From the NCBI GenBank assembly GCA_022865525.1, contig JALHSV010000526.1, forward strand, positions 1 to 42,259: DNA of 42,259 nt, in the 5' to 3' direction. The position numbers and the translations under genes were made by a program. Source of the stretch: Thermodesulfovibrionales bacterium (GTDB taxonomy: Bacteria > Nitrospirota > Thermodesulfovibrionia > Thermodesulfovibrionales > SM23-35). Below are positions 8,923-18,735 of the stretch, piece after piece. Each line of letters starts with the position of its first letter. The first letter of the stretch is position 1. Below the pieces are notes generated by a model. The model searched no databases and was not told where the DNA came from. It saw only the letters and a list, made by a program, of their open reading frames with translations.

Positions 8923-9582
8923 TTACCCACCCGGCACGAAGCCTCTGCGTGTTCTGTGTTCGATTGAAAACTCGGCAATGACTAAATCCAGCGTCTGACC
9001 GAATATTACTACGTCTTTTCTGATAACTGTGTAATCGCTCTTTTTTGAATAGAACGTATTTGCGCTCAAATCTATTTCTACTTTGTGCTTTCCTGTTATC
9101 GAATCAAAGTCAAGGGTTTCGGTAACTCCTGTCGGGACGGTAACTTCACTTGTATTGCCGTCTTTATAGACTCTTATCGAACCTCCGGAAGCCGTAATCA
9201 TCCCCGACTCCCATGTGAAAGACAGAGTATCGTTTACTTTGAAATCTCCTATATATCCTCTGCCGGTCGCAAGCTGTTTCGTGTTTTCTTCCCGGCTCGA
9301 ACCATTCCACTCAAGGCCCTGAATACCAGCGAATACACCGCCAATTAAAAGGATTACGTCATACATTAGAGGATCGGTAATGTCGGCGTCAAAGTCTCCC
9401 ACATACCAATCTCCGCCTTTATCCACAAGCGCTATATCATAGTCGGCGTTTGTTCTGGCCCCTGTGCCGAAAGCCTCCCATACATTAGCAGCAGGATACC
9501 AGACAAAAAAATCGGACTTTCTGCGTATCACCGCTGTTAAGGTATTCCCGCTTGTAAATCCTGTTCTTATTTCATTACTCAT
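8923..9582 (-). CDS. Hypothetical structural protein, 219 aa
   Basis: ORF in the fibre cluster. No motif recognised. Confidence 0.45.
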   Translation of the reverse strand: MSNEIRTGFTSGNTLTAVIRRKSDFFVWYPAANVWEAFGTGARTNADYDIALVDKGGDWYVGDFDADITDPLMYDVILLIGGVFAGIQGLEWNGSSREENTKQLATGRGYIGDFKVNDTLSFTWESGMITASGGSIRVYKDGNTSEVTVPTGVTETLDFDSITGKHKVEIDLSANTFYSKKSDYTVIRKDVVIFGQTLDLVIAEFSIEHRTRRGFVPGG

Positions 9583-9589
9583 ATTTATC

Positions 9590-10822
9590 TCAATTCATAT
9601 TTATCATTATTACTTGCCCTGTCGGCGCACCACCACTAGGCGTATAAGTACAGAATATATCTACTTCGTAATTCGCCAAATCGCCTGTCTTTGCGTAAGG
9701 ATTAGCCCCGACTGCCGTTGCTGAATATGCAACAGTGTCATACGCCCCTGTCTGTCCTCCGGCATCATAATATAGACCCAGAATGTTATTCCCGTTCTTA
9801 TTCCAAGCGAGCCAATAAGAATTAGCACTCAAAACCGCAAGCGCACTATCCAGATTAAAGACATGCTCGCCATCGGCGGAAATCGTTTCCCCTGCTCCGT
9901 CTTTGAGTAATGCCCCACCATCAATACCGGTGTTATCGGCGTAGATTCCTGTAATAAAATCCACATTCTCGGTGGTGTGGTTAAAATTTATCGTTATAGA
10001 TGTCGCATTGCCATTAAAAGTAGGGCTATATGGCCCAGCAACTCGGCATTGACCCCCATTATGAGTACCATTAGTCGCTCCTGCATAAATCGAACCAAAC
10101 ACATCATTAACGATAACCGGATAAATAGCAGTATCGAGGAACTTTTGAGAAATAGTAACAGTATATACACCATTTGTAATATCAAGGTCTGCCCATTCTG
10201 TCTTACCTATAGCATCAGTAGCTTTAGGCGTATAAATGTGCATCGCCTTACCTGTTTTGTATTGCTTGCCGCCTACATAATCACCCCTCTTAGTTTTGTG
10301 CCTGACAGAATAAGAACCTTCAACCTTCCTCGCCCGCTGAACCACATTCCAATCGTTGTAATTATATTTACGCTGCCATTCTTCGCCGTTCTCATAAAAA
10401 GTCTCGACAGGGGCTGGCCAAACTTCCTGCTTCCAGAAATTAAAGTCCTGCCAATTACCGCCAAGTTTGAGTGAGTAACTATTTTTGAGCGGCTTGCTTT
10501 TTAGTATAAACAACCACTTTAAGCTATCCCCATCCTTAAACCAGTCATATTTAACTGTTGGTAAATCCAGAGATATTTTGTCATTTGCAAGAGTTGGGAT
10601 ACCCTTAGCATTTGGCATTTCAAGCCATATATCATCCTCGTCCCAGAACCGCATCTTGGCCTGAGCCTGAAACTCAGTAGAGACTTTATCATTGCCAATC
10701 GTAACTTTGGCATGGCCTATCTGCTCAGTGAAAGTCTTGTTAGATTTTACTTCAATTATCTGACCGAAGGCCACCGAACATAAGAACAAAGATATAACAA
10801 GTTTTTTAAGCTGCTGGTTCAT
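9590..10822 (-). CDS. Fibre/receptor-binding-like protein with a Sec-type signal peptide
   Basis: Start moved to the ATG at 10822 (MNQQLKKLVISLFLCSVAFGQ). About 410 aa, beta-rich. Confidence 0.5.
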   Translation of the reverse strand: MNQQLKKLVISLFLCSVAFGQIIEVKSNKTFTEQIGHAKVTIGNDKVSTEFQAQAKMRFWDEDDIWLEMPNAKGIPTLANDKISLDLPTVKYDWFKDGDSLKWLFILKSKPLKNSYSLKLGGNWQDFNFWKQEVWPAPVETFYENGEEWQRKYNYNDWNVVQRARKVEGSYSVRHKTKRGDYVGGKQYKTGKAMHIYTPKATDAIGKTEWADLDITNGVYTVTISQKFLDTAIYPVIVNDVFGSIYAGATNGTHNGGQCRVAGPYSPTFNGNATSITINFNHTTENVDFITGIYADNTGIDGGALLKDGAGETISADGEHVFNLDSALAVLSANSYWLAWNKNGNNILGLYYDAGGQTGAYDTVAYSATAVGANPYAKTGDLANYEVDIFCTYTPSGGAPTGQVIMINMN

Positions 10823-12413
10823 AGTAATAAATTTCAAAATGTATCCAATCGACATCCGTTACAGGGATACTTATCATAATAATCTGGCCCGCCGCTATCG
10901 TTGCGTATGTTGGCGTCGAGTCAATAATCTCTCCTGTAGTATCAGCCGTATAAGTAACCGCATCGATAGTCGGATTAGCCCCGTTGATAGTATCGAAGTC
11001 GTCAAAGTTCTGCACTGTCAGGACGTAAGTCGTATCGGAAGCTATGCCAAGATAAACCGCCGTAATAACTACGCCATGCGGAAACTCAATCGAGTTAATC
11101 GCCTTGACTGTGATAACGTCATTCACTCCGTCCGGGGCGAATATTGTACCTGAAAAAGACTTTATCAGTCCTGTCAATGCCACATCAGTAGAACCGGCCA
11201 ATTCCGCATGGTCTGAGCTATGCTGGATAACCAACTTGCCATCAGCCATATCATATTCAATTTCACCATCGGCATCAGGAGTTGCCGGAGTCGTTTGTGG
11301 TATCTCTAAATCAGCACCGCCAAAATCGTGATTACCCAGCCAAGCTGCACCGTCTGCGGTATTAACTAAAGTCTTATCCGCTATCTGAGTATCAAGTTCC
11401 GTAAAAGTATTTAATGCCGCTACATACTGTATTGCTGCCGTATCTGACAAATCGGTTGAAGCCGCTGCCCAGTTTAATGTTCCAGCGCCAATAGAAAGTC
11501 CAGTACCTTCAATATCTGTAACTGCGGTAGCATCCGTTACAATTATCCCCGCCAAACCATCCAACCGGTCTAATTCTGCTACTGTTAAGGTAGTTGGCGT
11601 ATTTGTCGTTAAACTGGTTGTAATTGTTGGTGTAGTAAGGTTCCAACTCGTAACAGCTATACTATCAGCTATTGTTGCCGCATTTCCTACGCTTGTTACT
11701 TCACCGGAAAGATTAGCGTTAGTAGTTACTGTATCCGCATTGCCCGTCAGCGTCCCCGTCAACGCCCCCGATACCGTTACTGCATGGCTAAAGGTCATCA
11801 GGCCATTACCAGCGGTCATTGTGTGGTCTGTGCCTGAGACATCGAACGTCCAGATATTCGCAGCGTTAGCATTGTCCGACCATGTAGTAGCGTCAACTGT
11901 AGTAGAATTAAAAGAACCTGCCGTTTCCCATGTCAATACACCGGAACCATTTGATTGTAATTGTTCGCCGGCATCGCCGTCATCGGGAGGGAGTGAATAT
12001 GTAATATCCCCCGCCTGTGCTACGGTCTGAATCTTCGTGAAATTCGTGCCATCATCGCTGTCCTCGTATATGGTGATATAGCCTGCGGCTGTAGCCCCGT
12101 TCTTGAATATCGCACTTGCGTCGAATGTTTCCGTACCTGTGAACGGAATCGAGCCGTCGGCCAATATATCGCCGGAACCTGCCGGAGTTACCCATGTAGG
12201 AGCAACAGCAGCACCGTTAGACTTTAGATAAGTACCATCAGCCCCTAAAGCCAATTCAGTCACATCGCCATTCGTATCGGAATAAAAGACTCTCCATGCG
12301 GTCTGATTAACAAACTGCGTAAGGTTAGTGAGTGAAACTTTAAGCGGACCAGGCTGCGCATAGAGCAAGCCCACAAGGCCTATCAGGACTATGGCAATTA
12401 CCAGCTTTTTCAT
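10806..12413 (-). CDS. Fibre-like protein with a Sec-type signal peptide, 535 aa
   Basis: N-terminus MKKLVIAIVLIGLVGLLYAQP, then a T/G/A/D-rich repetitive fibre-like sequence. Confidence 0.55.
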   Translation of the reverse strand: MKKLVIAIVLIGLVGLLYAQPGPLKVSLTNLTQFVNQTAWRVFYSDTNGDVTELALGADGTYLKSNGAAVAPTWVTPAGSGDILADGSIPFTGTETFDASAIFKNGATAAGYITIYEDSDDGTNFTKIQTVAQAGDITYSLPPDDGDAGEQLQSNGSGVLTWETAGSFNSTTVDATTWSDNANAANIWTFDVSGTDHTMTAGNGLMTFSHAVTVSGALTGTLTGNADTVTTNANLSGEVTSVGNAATIADSIAVTSWNLTTPTITTSLTTNTPTTLTVAELDRLDGLAGIIVTDATAVTDIEGTGLSIGAGTLNWAAASTDLSDTAAIQYVAALNTFTELDTQIADKTLVNTADGAAWLGNHDFGGADLEIPQTTPATPDADGEIEYDMADGKLVIQHSSDHAELAGSTDVALTGLIKSFSGTIFAPDGVNDVITVKAINSIEFPHGVVITAVYLGIASDTTYVLTVQNFDDFDTINGANPTIDAVTYTADTTGEIIDSTPTYATIAAGQIIMISIPVTDVDWIHFEIYYYEPAA

Positions 12414-12997
12414 TACGAGAACCTTCGAGCATCGATGTAGAGTATTCCTGCCGGGATTGTGACCGGCGCGAATACGATACTTACAGCACCATGAACATTG
12501 AAAAGATACGAACCGATATAATTAGCCTGGGCAACCGCAGGAACGTCTGTAGGATCGGTCAGCCATGCCTCGTTAGTTCCAACTACTGCATCGTGGAAAT
12601 AACCGGCTGTAGCCGCCTGCTGGCCCTGTGCGCCTGTGATTGTCGCTCTCCGGGTGTAATGCTCTGTTGCTATCGGATTACAAGCCGTCAGAATATCGAC
12701 TACATGGCTGTCATTTTCGGCCCCGGTCGAACGTAATCTTATCTCATAACTAATCGCCCCGTTAGGCTCTGTAATTATCGTTTTGCCGTCAAATTCGTTA
12801 TTAGGCGGGATAAGTTCAAGGACTGTCCCTGCCGTTATGAGTGCGGCTATAGTAGTCCTGTCTCTTGCCCCTACCGCCGGGGTTGCAGCTAAAGCCGCCG
12901 TCAAAGAGCCGAGATTAACCCAGGGGTAGGGATAGTCGTATTGTTCGCCCGGATTGGCTGCAATGCCCCTTCTGTCTGCCTGTTGGAATCTATCCAT
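12413..12997 (-). CDS. Hypothetical structural protein, 194 aa
   Basis: ORF directly after a terminator, with RBS AAGGAAC upstream of the ATG at 12997. Confidence 0.45.
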   Translation of the reverse strand: MDRFQQADRRGIAANPGEQYDYPYPWVNLGSLTAALAATPAVGARDRTTIAALITAGTVLELIPPNNEFDGKTIITEPNGAISYEIRLRSTGAENDSHVVDILTACNPIATEHYTRRATITGAQGQQAATAGYFHDAVVGTNEAWLTDPTDVPAVAQANYIGSYLFNVHGAVSIVFAPVTIPAGILYIDARRFS

Positions 12998-13009
12998 TTT
13001 ATTGTTCCT

Positions 13010-13041
13010 TAAAAGAGGCGGGCCTGTTAAAGCCCGCCCCC
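13010..13041 (-). terminator. Rho-independent terminator
   Basis: Minus strand: GGCGGGC-uuuaacag-GCCCGCC followed by UCUUUU, 14 nt after the stop of 13055..14986. Confidence 0.6.
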
Positions 13042-13054
13042 TGATTAAATTAAA

Positions 13055-14986
13055 TTACAATCCAAGTTCAGCCGTTGTGTGCAGTCTGTAATAGACAATC
13101 ACGACAAGCGGGCTATCACCTGTTATCCAGTCGGCTCCCGTATTGTGCAAAACAAGGGCCTGGTCGGTACTGGCCGCTTCCGTAACAGCAACCGAAGCCA
13201 CTGCCGCACCTGCGGCAGAGGCCACTGTCGGACCAACGAATACTATGGAATCCGCTGTAGCAGTCGCAAAACCCGTAGCGTCAACTAACCCGGAAACTAT
13301 CGCACCGCTGCCGTCCGTGTACCTGAAAACCAAATCGTCAGGAGCGGACGCTTCCGCATAAGCCGCAGTACCGTAATCAAGCGCGATAGTCGCCCTGACG
13401 AACTCAATCGTTAAGTCCGTTCCTGCAGGAGAGGCAATTATCGACTTGGGTGTATCGGCAAGGTCAAGCACTTCTGCCGATGAAACAGCAACAACCGCCC
13501 GAAGGAGGATGTCGTTAGGCAGTACCATCGCACCTGTAATAGTAAAAGTAAGGTCTCCGGCGGCGGTGATAGTCATATCATCGCCTGCGTTAATGCCAAT
13601 ATCGCCGTCAGTTCCGCCGACAGCCTCGATATCGACCGAGCCTGCCGCTGCGTTAAGCGTAATTCCACCTGCCGTTGCCGCCAAGTAGATAGCGTCATCC
13701 GCAGTACCGTTCGAGTTGAGAAGATAAATCTGGTCACCGGCGGCGGTAGCAGTCGTCAATGTAATATCATCCGTGCTTACTAATGCTATGTCGCCTGTCC
13801 CTGAAGTTATATCAACTCCACCGGCAGTGCCGGAGGCATAAATATAAATTGCGTCCCCGGTCTCTTCTGACGATGTGATATGGGTGCTTAATGCGGAATC
13901 CAAATCGATACCGCCGACAGTCGATGTAACAACAATAGAAGAAGTGGAAGTACCCTTTGTGTTAATGACAGAGATTACGTCTCCTGTGCCTGTATTGGCC
14001 TCAAGGAAAATGTCATCCCCGCTGTCCAGAGTAATATCGCCGGTTCCAGAGTCGATATGAACGCCGCCCGCAGTACCATCAGCCGTAATCAAGACAGCAT
14101 CCGCCGCTTCCTCTGTACCTCGGATAATCACAGAACTATCTGTGCCATCAATGGTAATATCACCGCCTGTCGCGGCAATACCGATTGTTCCGGCGGACAC
14201 TGTAACGGCAATAGAATCGTCGGCATTGATAGTGCCTGTAGATGTGCCGTCTATTAACCACGCGCCGGATGTGGAACTTCCGATACTTACCGCCCCGGTA
14301 GAAGTGCCGGTATTGATACTGGTATCATAGTTCGAAGACGCATTGATACTGGTCGTAAGACCTGTAATGCCGAGCGTATTCGCACTTTCACTAATCAATA
14401 AACCGACCCCTGAGGCCGTGTACCACTGCAAGTCCGCACTTTTCGTTCCCGCTGACAGACCAACCCTGAAAACAGCGCCGTCGGTAGCGGGAGTAAACGT
14501 GAGCAGGTCATCCGTAGTTCCGGCATTGATAACCCAATCTGCTCCTGTACCAAGCGTTATAGTCTGGGCATCCGTGTACGTTGTCGAGCTAATCGACTGA
14601 AGGAACGAAGGGAACATAATCCGGCCTTCGGAGTTTGTCCTGTCCCTATGGCCTGAATTAGTATGAGTATTCGTACCGTCCGTAATGCTGAAATCGTAGT
14701 TGCCCGGACCCCACCAAGACATATAGCCATTCGATAATGTGGTATTGGTCGAGGAGGTCGTTACCGGATTCGTCATTGCTAAAGTCTTGTTACGGCCTGC
14801 GTAGATAGTCGATTCTGTAGTTCCGCCTGCACCATAGATAGCAACAGAAGTAATATCCGTAACATTTTCACCCATTTCGTCCACGATTTGTATTTCGTGG
14901 TAAGCCGTGCCGATGTTAGGCTGCCCCAAAGATACCGAACAGACTAAGGCCAGTACCATTAAACTTGTAAGTATTTTCTTAAACAT
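13055..14986 (-). CDS. Beta-helix repeat protein with a Sec-type signal peptide (head fibre/decoration or tail spike candidate), 643 aa
   Basis: Start moved to the ATG at 14986 (GAAAGGGG RBS; MFKKILTSLMVLALVCSVSLGQP); the longer track ORF would overlap the capsid gene. Repeats of the type GGVxIxSGTGDIxLxSxDDIxL. Confidence 0.6.
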   Translation of the reverse strand: MFKKILTSLMVLALVCSVSLGQPNIGTAYHEIQIVDEMGENVTDITSVAIYGAGGTTESTIYAGRNKTLAMTNPVTTSSTNTTLSNGYMSWWGPGNYDFSITDGTNTHTNSGHRDRTNSEGRIMFPSFLQSISSTTYTDAQTITLGTGADWVINAGTTDDLLTFTPATDGAVFRVGLSAGTKSADLQWYTASGVGLLISESANTLGITGLTTSINASSNYDTSINTGTSTGAVSIGSSTSGAWLIDGTSTGTINADDSIAVTVSAGTIGIAATGGDITIDGTDSSVIIRGTEEAADAVLITADGTAGGVHIDSGTGDITLDSGDDIFLEANTGTGDVISVINTKGTSTSSIVVTSTVGGIDLDSALSTHITSSEETGDAIYIYASGTAGGVDITSGTGDIALVSTDDITLTTATAAGDQIYLLNSNGTADDAIYLAATAGGITLNAAAGSVDIEAVGGTDGDIGINAGDDMTITAAGDLTFTITGAMVLPNDILLRAVVAVSSAEVLDLADTPKSIIASPAGTDLTIEFVRATIALDYGTAAYAEASAPDDLVFRYTDGSGAIVSGLVDATGFATATADSIVFVGPTVASAAGAAVASVAVTEAASTDQALVLHNTGADWITGDSPLVVIVYYRLHTTAELGL

Positions 14987-14999
14987 AATAGCCCCTTTC

Positions 15000-16217
15000 T
15001 TAGTCTGACAGGACTTCGGTGTCCATGCAGTAAATTGCTTCTGTGCTTCCGGCGGTCGAAGTACCATGAGCGTTAAACTGAGTACGCTTGACTCCGTAGA
15101 TCGAGTCAACTTTGACCTTGGGTTTGTTATTGTCAACATAGTCTTCCGACCATTCGAGCTTCTGTGCCCAGCCGAAACAAAGGGCTTGAGCGCCCATCAT
15201 TAAGGCCCGGGCAACTATGTCGCCGCTTGCTACGGGATCGGAAGTTATTGCACGCGCTGTATCGAGCAGGTATCCTTCTGCGAGGGTTGTTCCACCGGCT
15301 CCTGTCCGTGTCGGGATACGGTCATACTCGTAACAGAGTACGCCGTCCCATAGGAACGAAGCGCCGGAGAACATCGGATTCTGATTACCATGCCTGTCGG
15401 CTGCGGCTACCATTGCCTTCCAGCCTATCGTTCCCGACTCAGCCTTAATCGACTTGATTTGAAGCGGGTTCAGGAAAGCGATAAGGTAACGGCCTACGAG
15501 CGGCCCTACTATCCCGCCGCGTGCATCGTCCTGGTTGTACTTGGAAAGGTCGTATATCTTGACCCTGCGGAACCTCGGCGTTGCCGCCATACATTTACGC
15601 CGAATCTTCTCTAACAGCAGAGTACCCATGTAATTCTGTGATGTGGTCCCTGCCGTTAAGAGGGCATCGGTCGTATAAGTCCCTGAATTTTCCAGTACAC
15701 CTGCCAGCGTCTGACCGCCGTAATTTATGCGGTCACTCGAAGGGTAAGCCTCGTTGATAGTCTCAATGGCCGAACCGGACGAGTTCTCGTTATACCCGCC
15801 GTATGCTGCTGTAATCAGGTCGTTTTCAAGAGCCTCTGCGAACCATGAACCTAAGTCCTTTTTACCATCTTCTCGGACATTCGTAGATGTCCGCTGCTCG
15901 GAGATTTTACCTGCCGAAACGTAACTGTGCGCTCTTTCGTGAACTACGAGCGACATATTACGCCTCTTCAGTCCTTCTTCTTTCCCTGTCGTATTGCCGT
16001 CATCTCCCTGACCGGCTCCCGACATCGGGGAACTGCTCTCGAATATGATGGTGACACCCTTGCGCTTCTCAAGTCCGTTATCGACCTGGATAAGAGCGTC
16101 ATCAGTATCTCCCATCATCATCGTGAGGCCCATGTTCTGCAACGCGTATTTGAAAACCTTCGTACTCCACATTGTTTGGGTACGAGGGTCCGCTGTTGCG
16201 AATGCTGATGCTGTCAT
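15000..16217 (-). CDS. Major capsid protein (HK97-fold; possibly N4 gp56-type family)
   Basis: 405 aa, immediately downstream of an acidic scaffold-like gene and downstream of the portal. The N-terminal layout recalls the N4-gp56 capsid family from memory only. Confidence 0.7.
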   Translation of the reverse strand: MTASAFATADPRTQTMWSTKVFKYALQNMGLTMMMGDTDDALIQVDNGLEKRKGVTIIFESSSPMSGAGQGDDGNTTGKEEGLKRRNMSLVVHERAHSYVSAGKISEQRTSTNVREDGKKDLGSWFAEALENDLITAAYGGYNENSSGSAIETINEAYPSSDRINYGGQTLAGVLENSGTYTTDALLTAGTTSQNYMGTLLLEKIRRKCMAATPRFRRVKIYDLSKYNQDDARGGIVGPLVGRYLIAFLNPLQIKSIKAESGTIGWKAMVAAADRHGNQNPMFSGASFLWDGVLCYEYDRIPTRTGAGGTTLAEGYLLDTARAITSDPVASGDIVARALMMGAQALCFGWAQKLEWSEDYVDNNKPKVKVDSIYGVKRTQFNAHGTSTAGSTEAIYCMDTEVLSD

Positions 16218-16240
16218 TGTTTAGTCCCTTCAGGACGGGC

Positions 16241-16894
16241 CTATTTGAACAGCTTGAATGCCGCTTCGACCATAGGATCGAATTTCTCCTCGGTCTCATC
16301 GACGGATACTTCTTCTTTCTTCTTAGGCTCGTCTTTTTGTTTAATTACTGTTTTCGGTTTCGGTTGAAGACCAGCCTCTTGGATTCTGTGTTGTAGCGAA
16401 CGAACCAGTTCCTTGCCTGAGTTCTTGCCGGCGTCCCATGCGTTCCGCTTATCGCCTTCGGTGAGTAAATGACCACCGATATTGACAAGTTTATCAAGTT
16501 CAGCTTGTGGAACAGAAGAAAGCCCGGCGTCATATTCTCGCTTTTGCTGGGCATAAGTCTGTTCCTGCGTCTGAGCCTGAACACGTCGATTCTGGAACTC
16601 CTGCTCTGCCCGAAAGACTTTGCCGGTAACTTCGACATCGTCTATCGAAACGCCCTGTGCTTCCGCCGCCAGTTCTAAAGGCGACTTCTCGACAGGCTTA
16701 TTGGCAATCTTCATCTGGTCAAGCTCGTGCCTGGTTTCCCTTAGTTCCCGTCTGAATTGACCTATAACGGCGTCTTTAGGGTCCGGCTCAACTACCGCCG
16801 GTACTTCGGGAGTGGTTTCTTCGGTAGCAGCTAAAGCCTCTGCGGCTATTTCTACTTCCTCATTCACTTCGAGTTGTACTGTTTCTTCAACCAT
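16241..16894 (-). CDS. Scaffolding protein candidate
   Basis: Start moved to the ATG at 16894 (AAGGAG RBS; MVEETVQLEVNEE). Acidic, helical, coiled-coil-like, and directly upstream of the capsid gene. Confidence 0.55.
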   Translation of the reverse strand: MVEETVQLEVNEEVEIAAEALAATEETTPEVPAVVEPDPKDAVIGQFRRELRETRHELDQMKIANKPVEKSPLELAAEAQGVSIDDVEVTGKVFRAEQEFQNRRVQAQTQEQTYAQQKREYDAGLSSVPQAELDKLVNIGGHLLTEGDKRNAWDAGKNSGKELVRSLQHRIQEAGLQPKPKTVIKQKDEPKKKEEVSVDETEEKFDPMVEAAFKLFK

Positions 16895-17083
16895 AATATT
16901 ATTCTCCTTTTTACCGGCAGAGTGAGCCGTATCCGATTTCATTCAAATCGTCAGAAAGCAGTTGATTACCGCTCAACTGCCAAAACGTATCCTGCTTATT
17001 CTGAAGCAGTCACAGAGTGGATTTTGCCCATCACCACTAATAGGTAGCCCGGTTTGCCACTGTCCGGTGCAGCTCAGATGTAA

Positions 17084-17129
17084 TAAAAAAACCCCCGACT
17101 TCAGGAATCAATCCTGATGAGTCGAGGGT
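17084..17129 (-). terminator. Strong rho-independent terminator closing the small-gene island
   Basis: Minus strand: CCCUCGACUCAUCAGGA-uugau-UCCUGAAGUCGGGGG followed by UUUUUUU. Confidence 0.75.
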
Positions 17130-17159
17130 CGTATGTCTTGATACCTCTTTAGTTAGTTT

Positions 17160-17447
17160 TTATATGTAGTTTATTAGTTTCCTTTGCAAAAATTCACCAT
17201 AACAATCTTCTTCTATTTCCCAGATAGAATGCTCACAGGCAACTATACATCTTCCTCTAAATTCCGTGATTGCAACAACCTTTTCAGGTGAAAAGTCAAA
17301 AAACCGACAACCTTCTTTAGTCTTAAATCCAGCCATTGACGAACCTTTAGGCGGCTTTTCCAATTCCTTGCCATTGTCTTTAGATAAACCGACCACGCCA
17401 ATTCCCACCACTCCCAATATCCGTTGTATAAATGTTCTTCGTTTCAT
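17160..17447 (-). CDS. Small protein with a Tat-like signal (KRRTFIQ + hydrophobic stretch), 95 aa
   Basis: N-terminus MKRRTFIQRILGVVGIGVVGLS. Confidence 0.5.
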   Translation of the reverse strand: MKRRTFIQRILGVVGIGVVGLSKDNGKELEKPPKGSSMAGFKTKEGCRFFDFSPEKVVAITEFRGRCIVACEHSIWEIEEDCYGEFLQRKLINYI

Positions 17448-17449
17448 AT

Positions 17450-17608
17450 TTACTTACTCTTTGTGTTCAGGCACAAAACCATCTTTGCCTTATTAGTGTA
17501 CTTACCGTTTTGGAAGTTAAACGATAGAGAACCATGCAGGTTTGGATACATTCTCTCCATATCCTTACCCATCTCATTCAGTCTTGCTAATTTCTCGTTT
17601 TCAGTCAT
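17450..17608 (-). CDS. Small hypothetical protein, 52 aa (absent from the ORF track)
   Basis: Hand translation gives MTENEKLARLNEMGKDMERMYPNLHG... It fills an otherwise empty gap, and its start overlaps the upstream stop (ATGACTGA). Confidence 0.4.
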   Translation of the reverse strand: MTENEKLARLNEMGKDMERMYPNLHGSLSFNFQNGKYTNKAKMVLCLNTKSK

Positions 17609-17975
17609 TCGGGTCTTTCAGTAGTTTCTCAGGTAATAACTTTAAGAATCCATCGTAATATTCCTCACTCATACTTGATAAGGCACTCATCGCACTTATA
17701 TATAATGCGAAGTCTCTCAATTCATCCTTTGTCAATAACGGAACATTCTTTGTGTAAATAACAGTGTCGTTTACAGTTATTGTATCGGTTCGTTCTATTG
17801 TCCAATCAATAGATAAACTTGCATCGCCTGTCCAAGAAAGTAAAATTGGGTCATTGACATCATAAGTTATACTTTCAGGCTCATTGCCGTTAGCTGTAAA
17901 TAAGACAGAGTAAAGCAATGCCGAAATCGCTAATAATATTACTACTGCCGGTATTGTTTTTATATTGGGCTTCAT
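17601..17975 (-). CDS. Small exported or membrane-anchored protein, 124 aa
   Basis: N-terminal hydrophobic segment IPAVVILLAISALLYSVLF. ATGA coupling. Confidence 0.5.
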   Translation of the reverse strand: MKPNIKTIPAVVILLAISALLYSVLFTANGNEPESITYDVNDPILLSWTGDASLSIDWTIERTDTITVNDTVIYTKNVPLLTKDELRDFALYISAMSALSSMSEEYYDGFLKLLPEKLLKDPND

Positions 17976-18274
17976 TTTACAACCTCAAGTTTCGGTAAGT
18001 TTTGGTCGAAGAAATTGCATACCAGTGTCATTGCACATTTCTTACAGTATATTTTCCGTATCTCGTCAACCTCTATCGTTAAGGTAGCGTCAGATACTAT
18101 GCCGTGTATGGGGCATTTGCATACCGCAGGTACCGGGATAGCTTTCGGCATCACTATCTGGCGTACCCCGTTAGGGTCCTGGACTTCGTTAGGGTCCATC
18201 TGGGCGGCAAGATTGTGAGCAAACACACATATCAAGGTTGATACACATACAAAAAAGATAATTCTTTTAATCAT
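17972..18274 (-). CDS. Small secreted Cys-containing protein, 100 aa
   Basis: Signal-like N-terminus MIKRIIFFVCVSTLICVFAHNLAAQ. ATGA coupling. Confidence 0.5.
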   Translation of the reverse strand: MIKRIIFFVCVSTLICVFAHNLAAQMDPNEVQDPNGVRQIVMPKAIPVPAVCKCPIHGIVSDATLTIEVDEIRKIYCKKCAMTLVCNFFDQNLPKLEVVK

Positions 18275-18735
18275 AATTCTCTCCGTTTCGTCAGGTCTGC
18301 CAGTCTCTCATCGTCCGGCAGGCCGCTTCTGTTAGTGCTGTCTATCGGCGCACCTTCCGCCTTTAACGCTAATTCGTCAAGCTCCCTCTGCTCTATTATC
18401 GACAAAGGGGTAATCTCCTTGCGGAGTCGAAGTATCCGCAAGTCCTTCATCTGGTCAAGGTCCGGGGATCGGCCACTCCTTGCCATTGACTCCAACTCGG
18501 CAAGGTAAGCCTTATCAGCTTCGGTCAGTGGCACTGAGGCCGCTTCCCTGTCCCGATCAAGTTGGTTCAGCCGCTTAGTGTTCTCACTTGGGCCGGGCGG
18601 CTTAACTTCTTCTTTGGTTCCGGATAGAAACTTTATAATATCGGCCTTCTTCGTAGTCCCTTCGGGAATAACCTTATCTATCTTGGCGGCAAATTCCTTT
18701 AACTCGGCTACTGTCATTTCTTCGACTTTCTTCAT
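18271..18735 (-). CDS. Hypothetical protein with an N-terminal SAP/HeH-like motif, 154 aa
   Basis: TVAELKEFAAKIDKVIPEGTTKKADIIKFL resembles Rho-N/HeH helix-extension-helix motifs. Confidence 0.45.
   Translation of the reverse strand: MKKVEEMTVAELKEFAAKIDKVIPEGTTKKADIIKFLSGTKEEVKPPGPSENTKRLNQLDRDREAASVPLTEADKAYLAELESMARSGRSPDLDQMKDLRILRLRKEITPLSIIEQRELDELALKAEGAPIDSTNRSGLPDDERLADLTKRREL

Noticed and set aside
6669-14986. Diversity-generating retroelement targeting the fibre genes
   Set aside because: No reverse transcriptase ORF (no YxDD-type motif seen) and no template/variable repeat pair were noticed.
14987-15139. 51-codon N-terminal extension of ORF 13055..15139
   Set aside because: It would overlap the 3' end of the capsid gene by 140 nt. 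An internal ATG at 14986 with an RBS gives a clean signal-peptide N-terminus right after the capsid stop.
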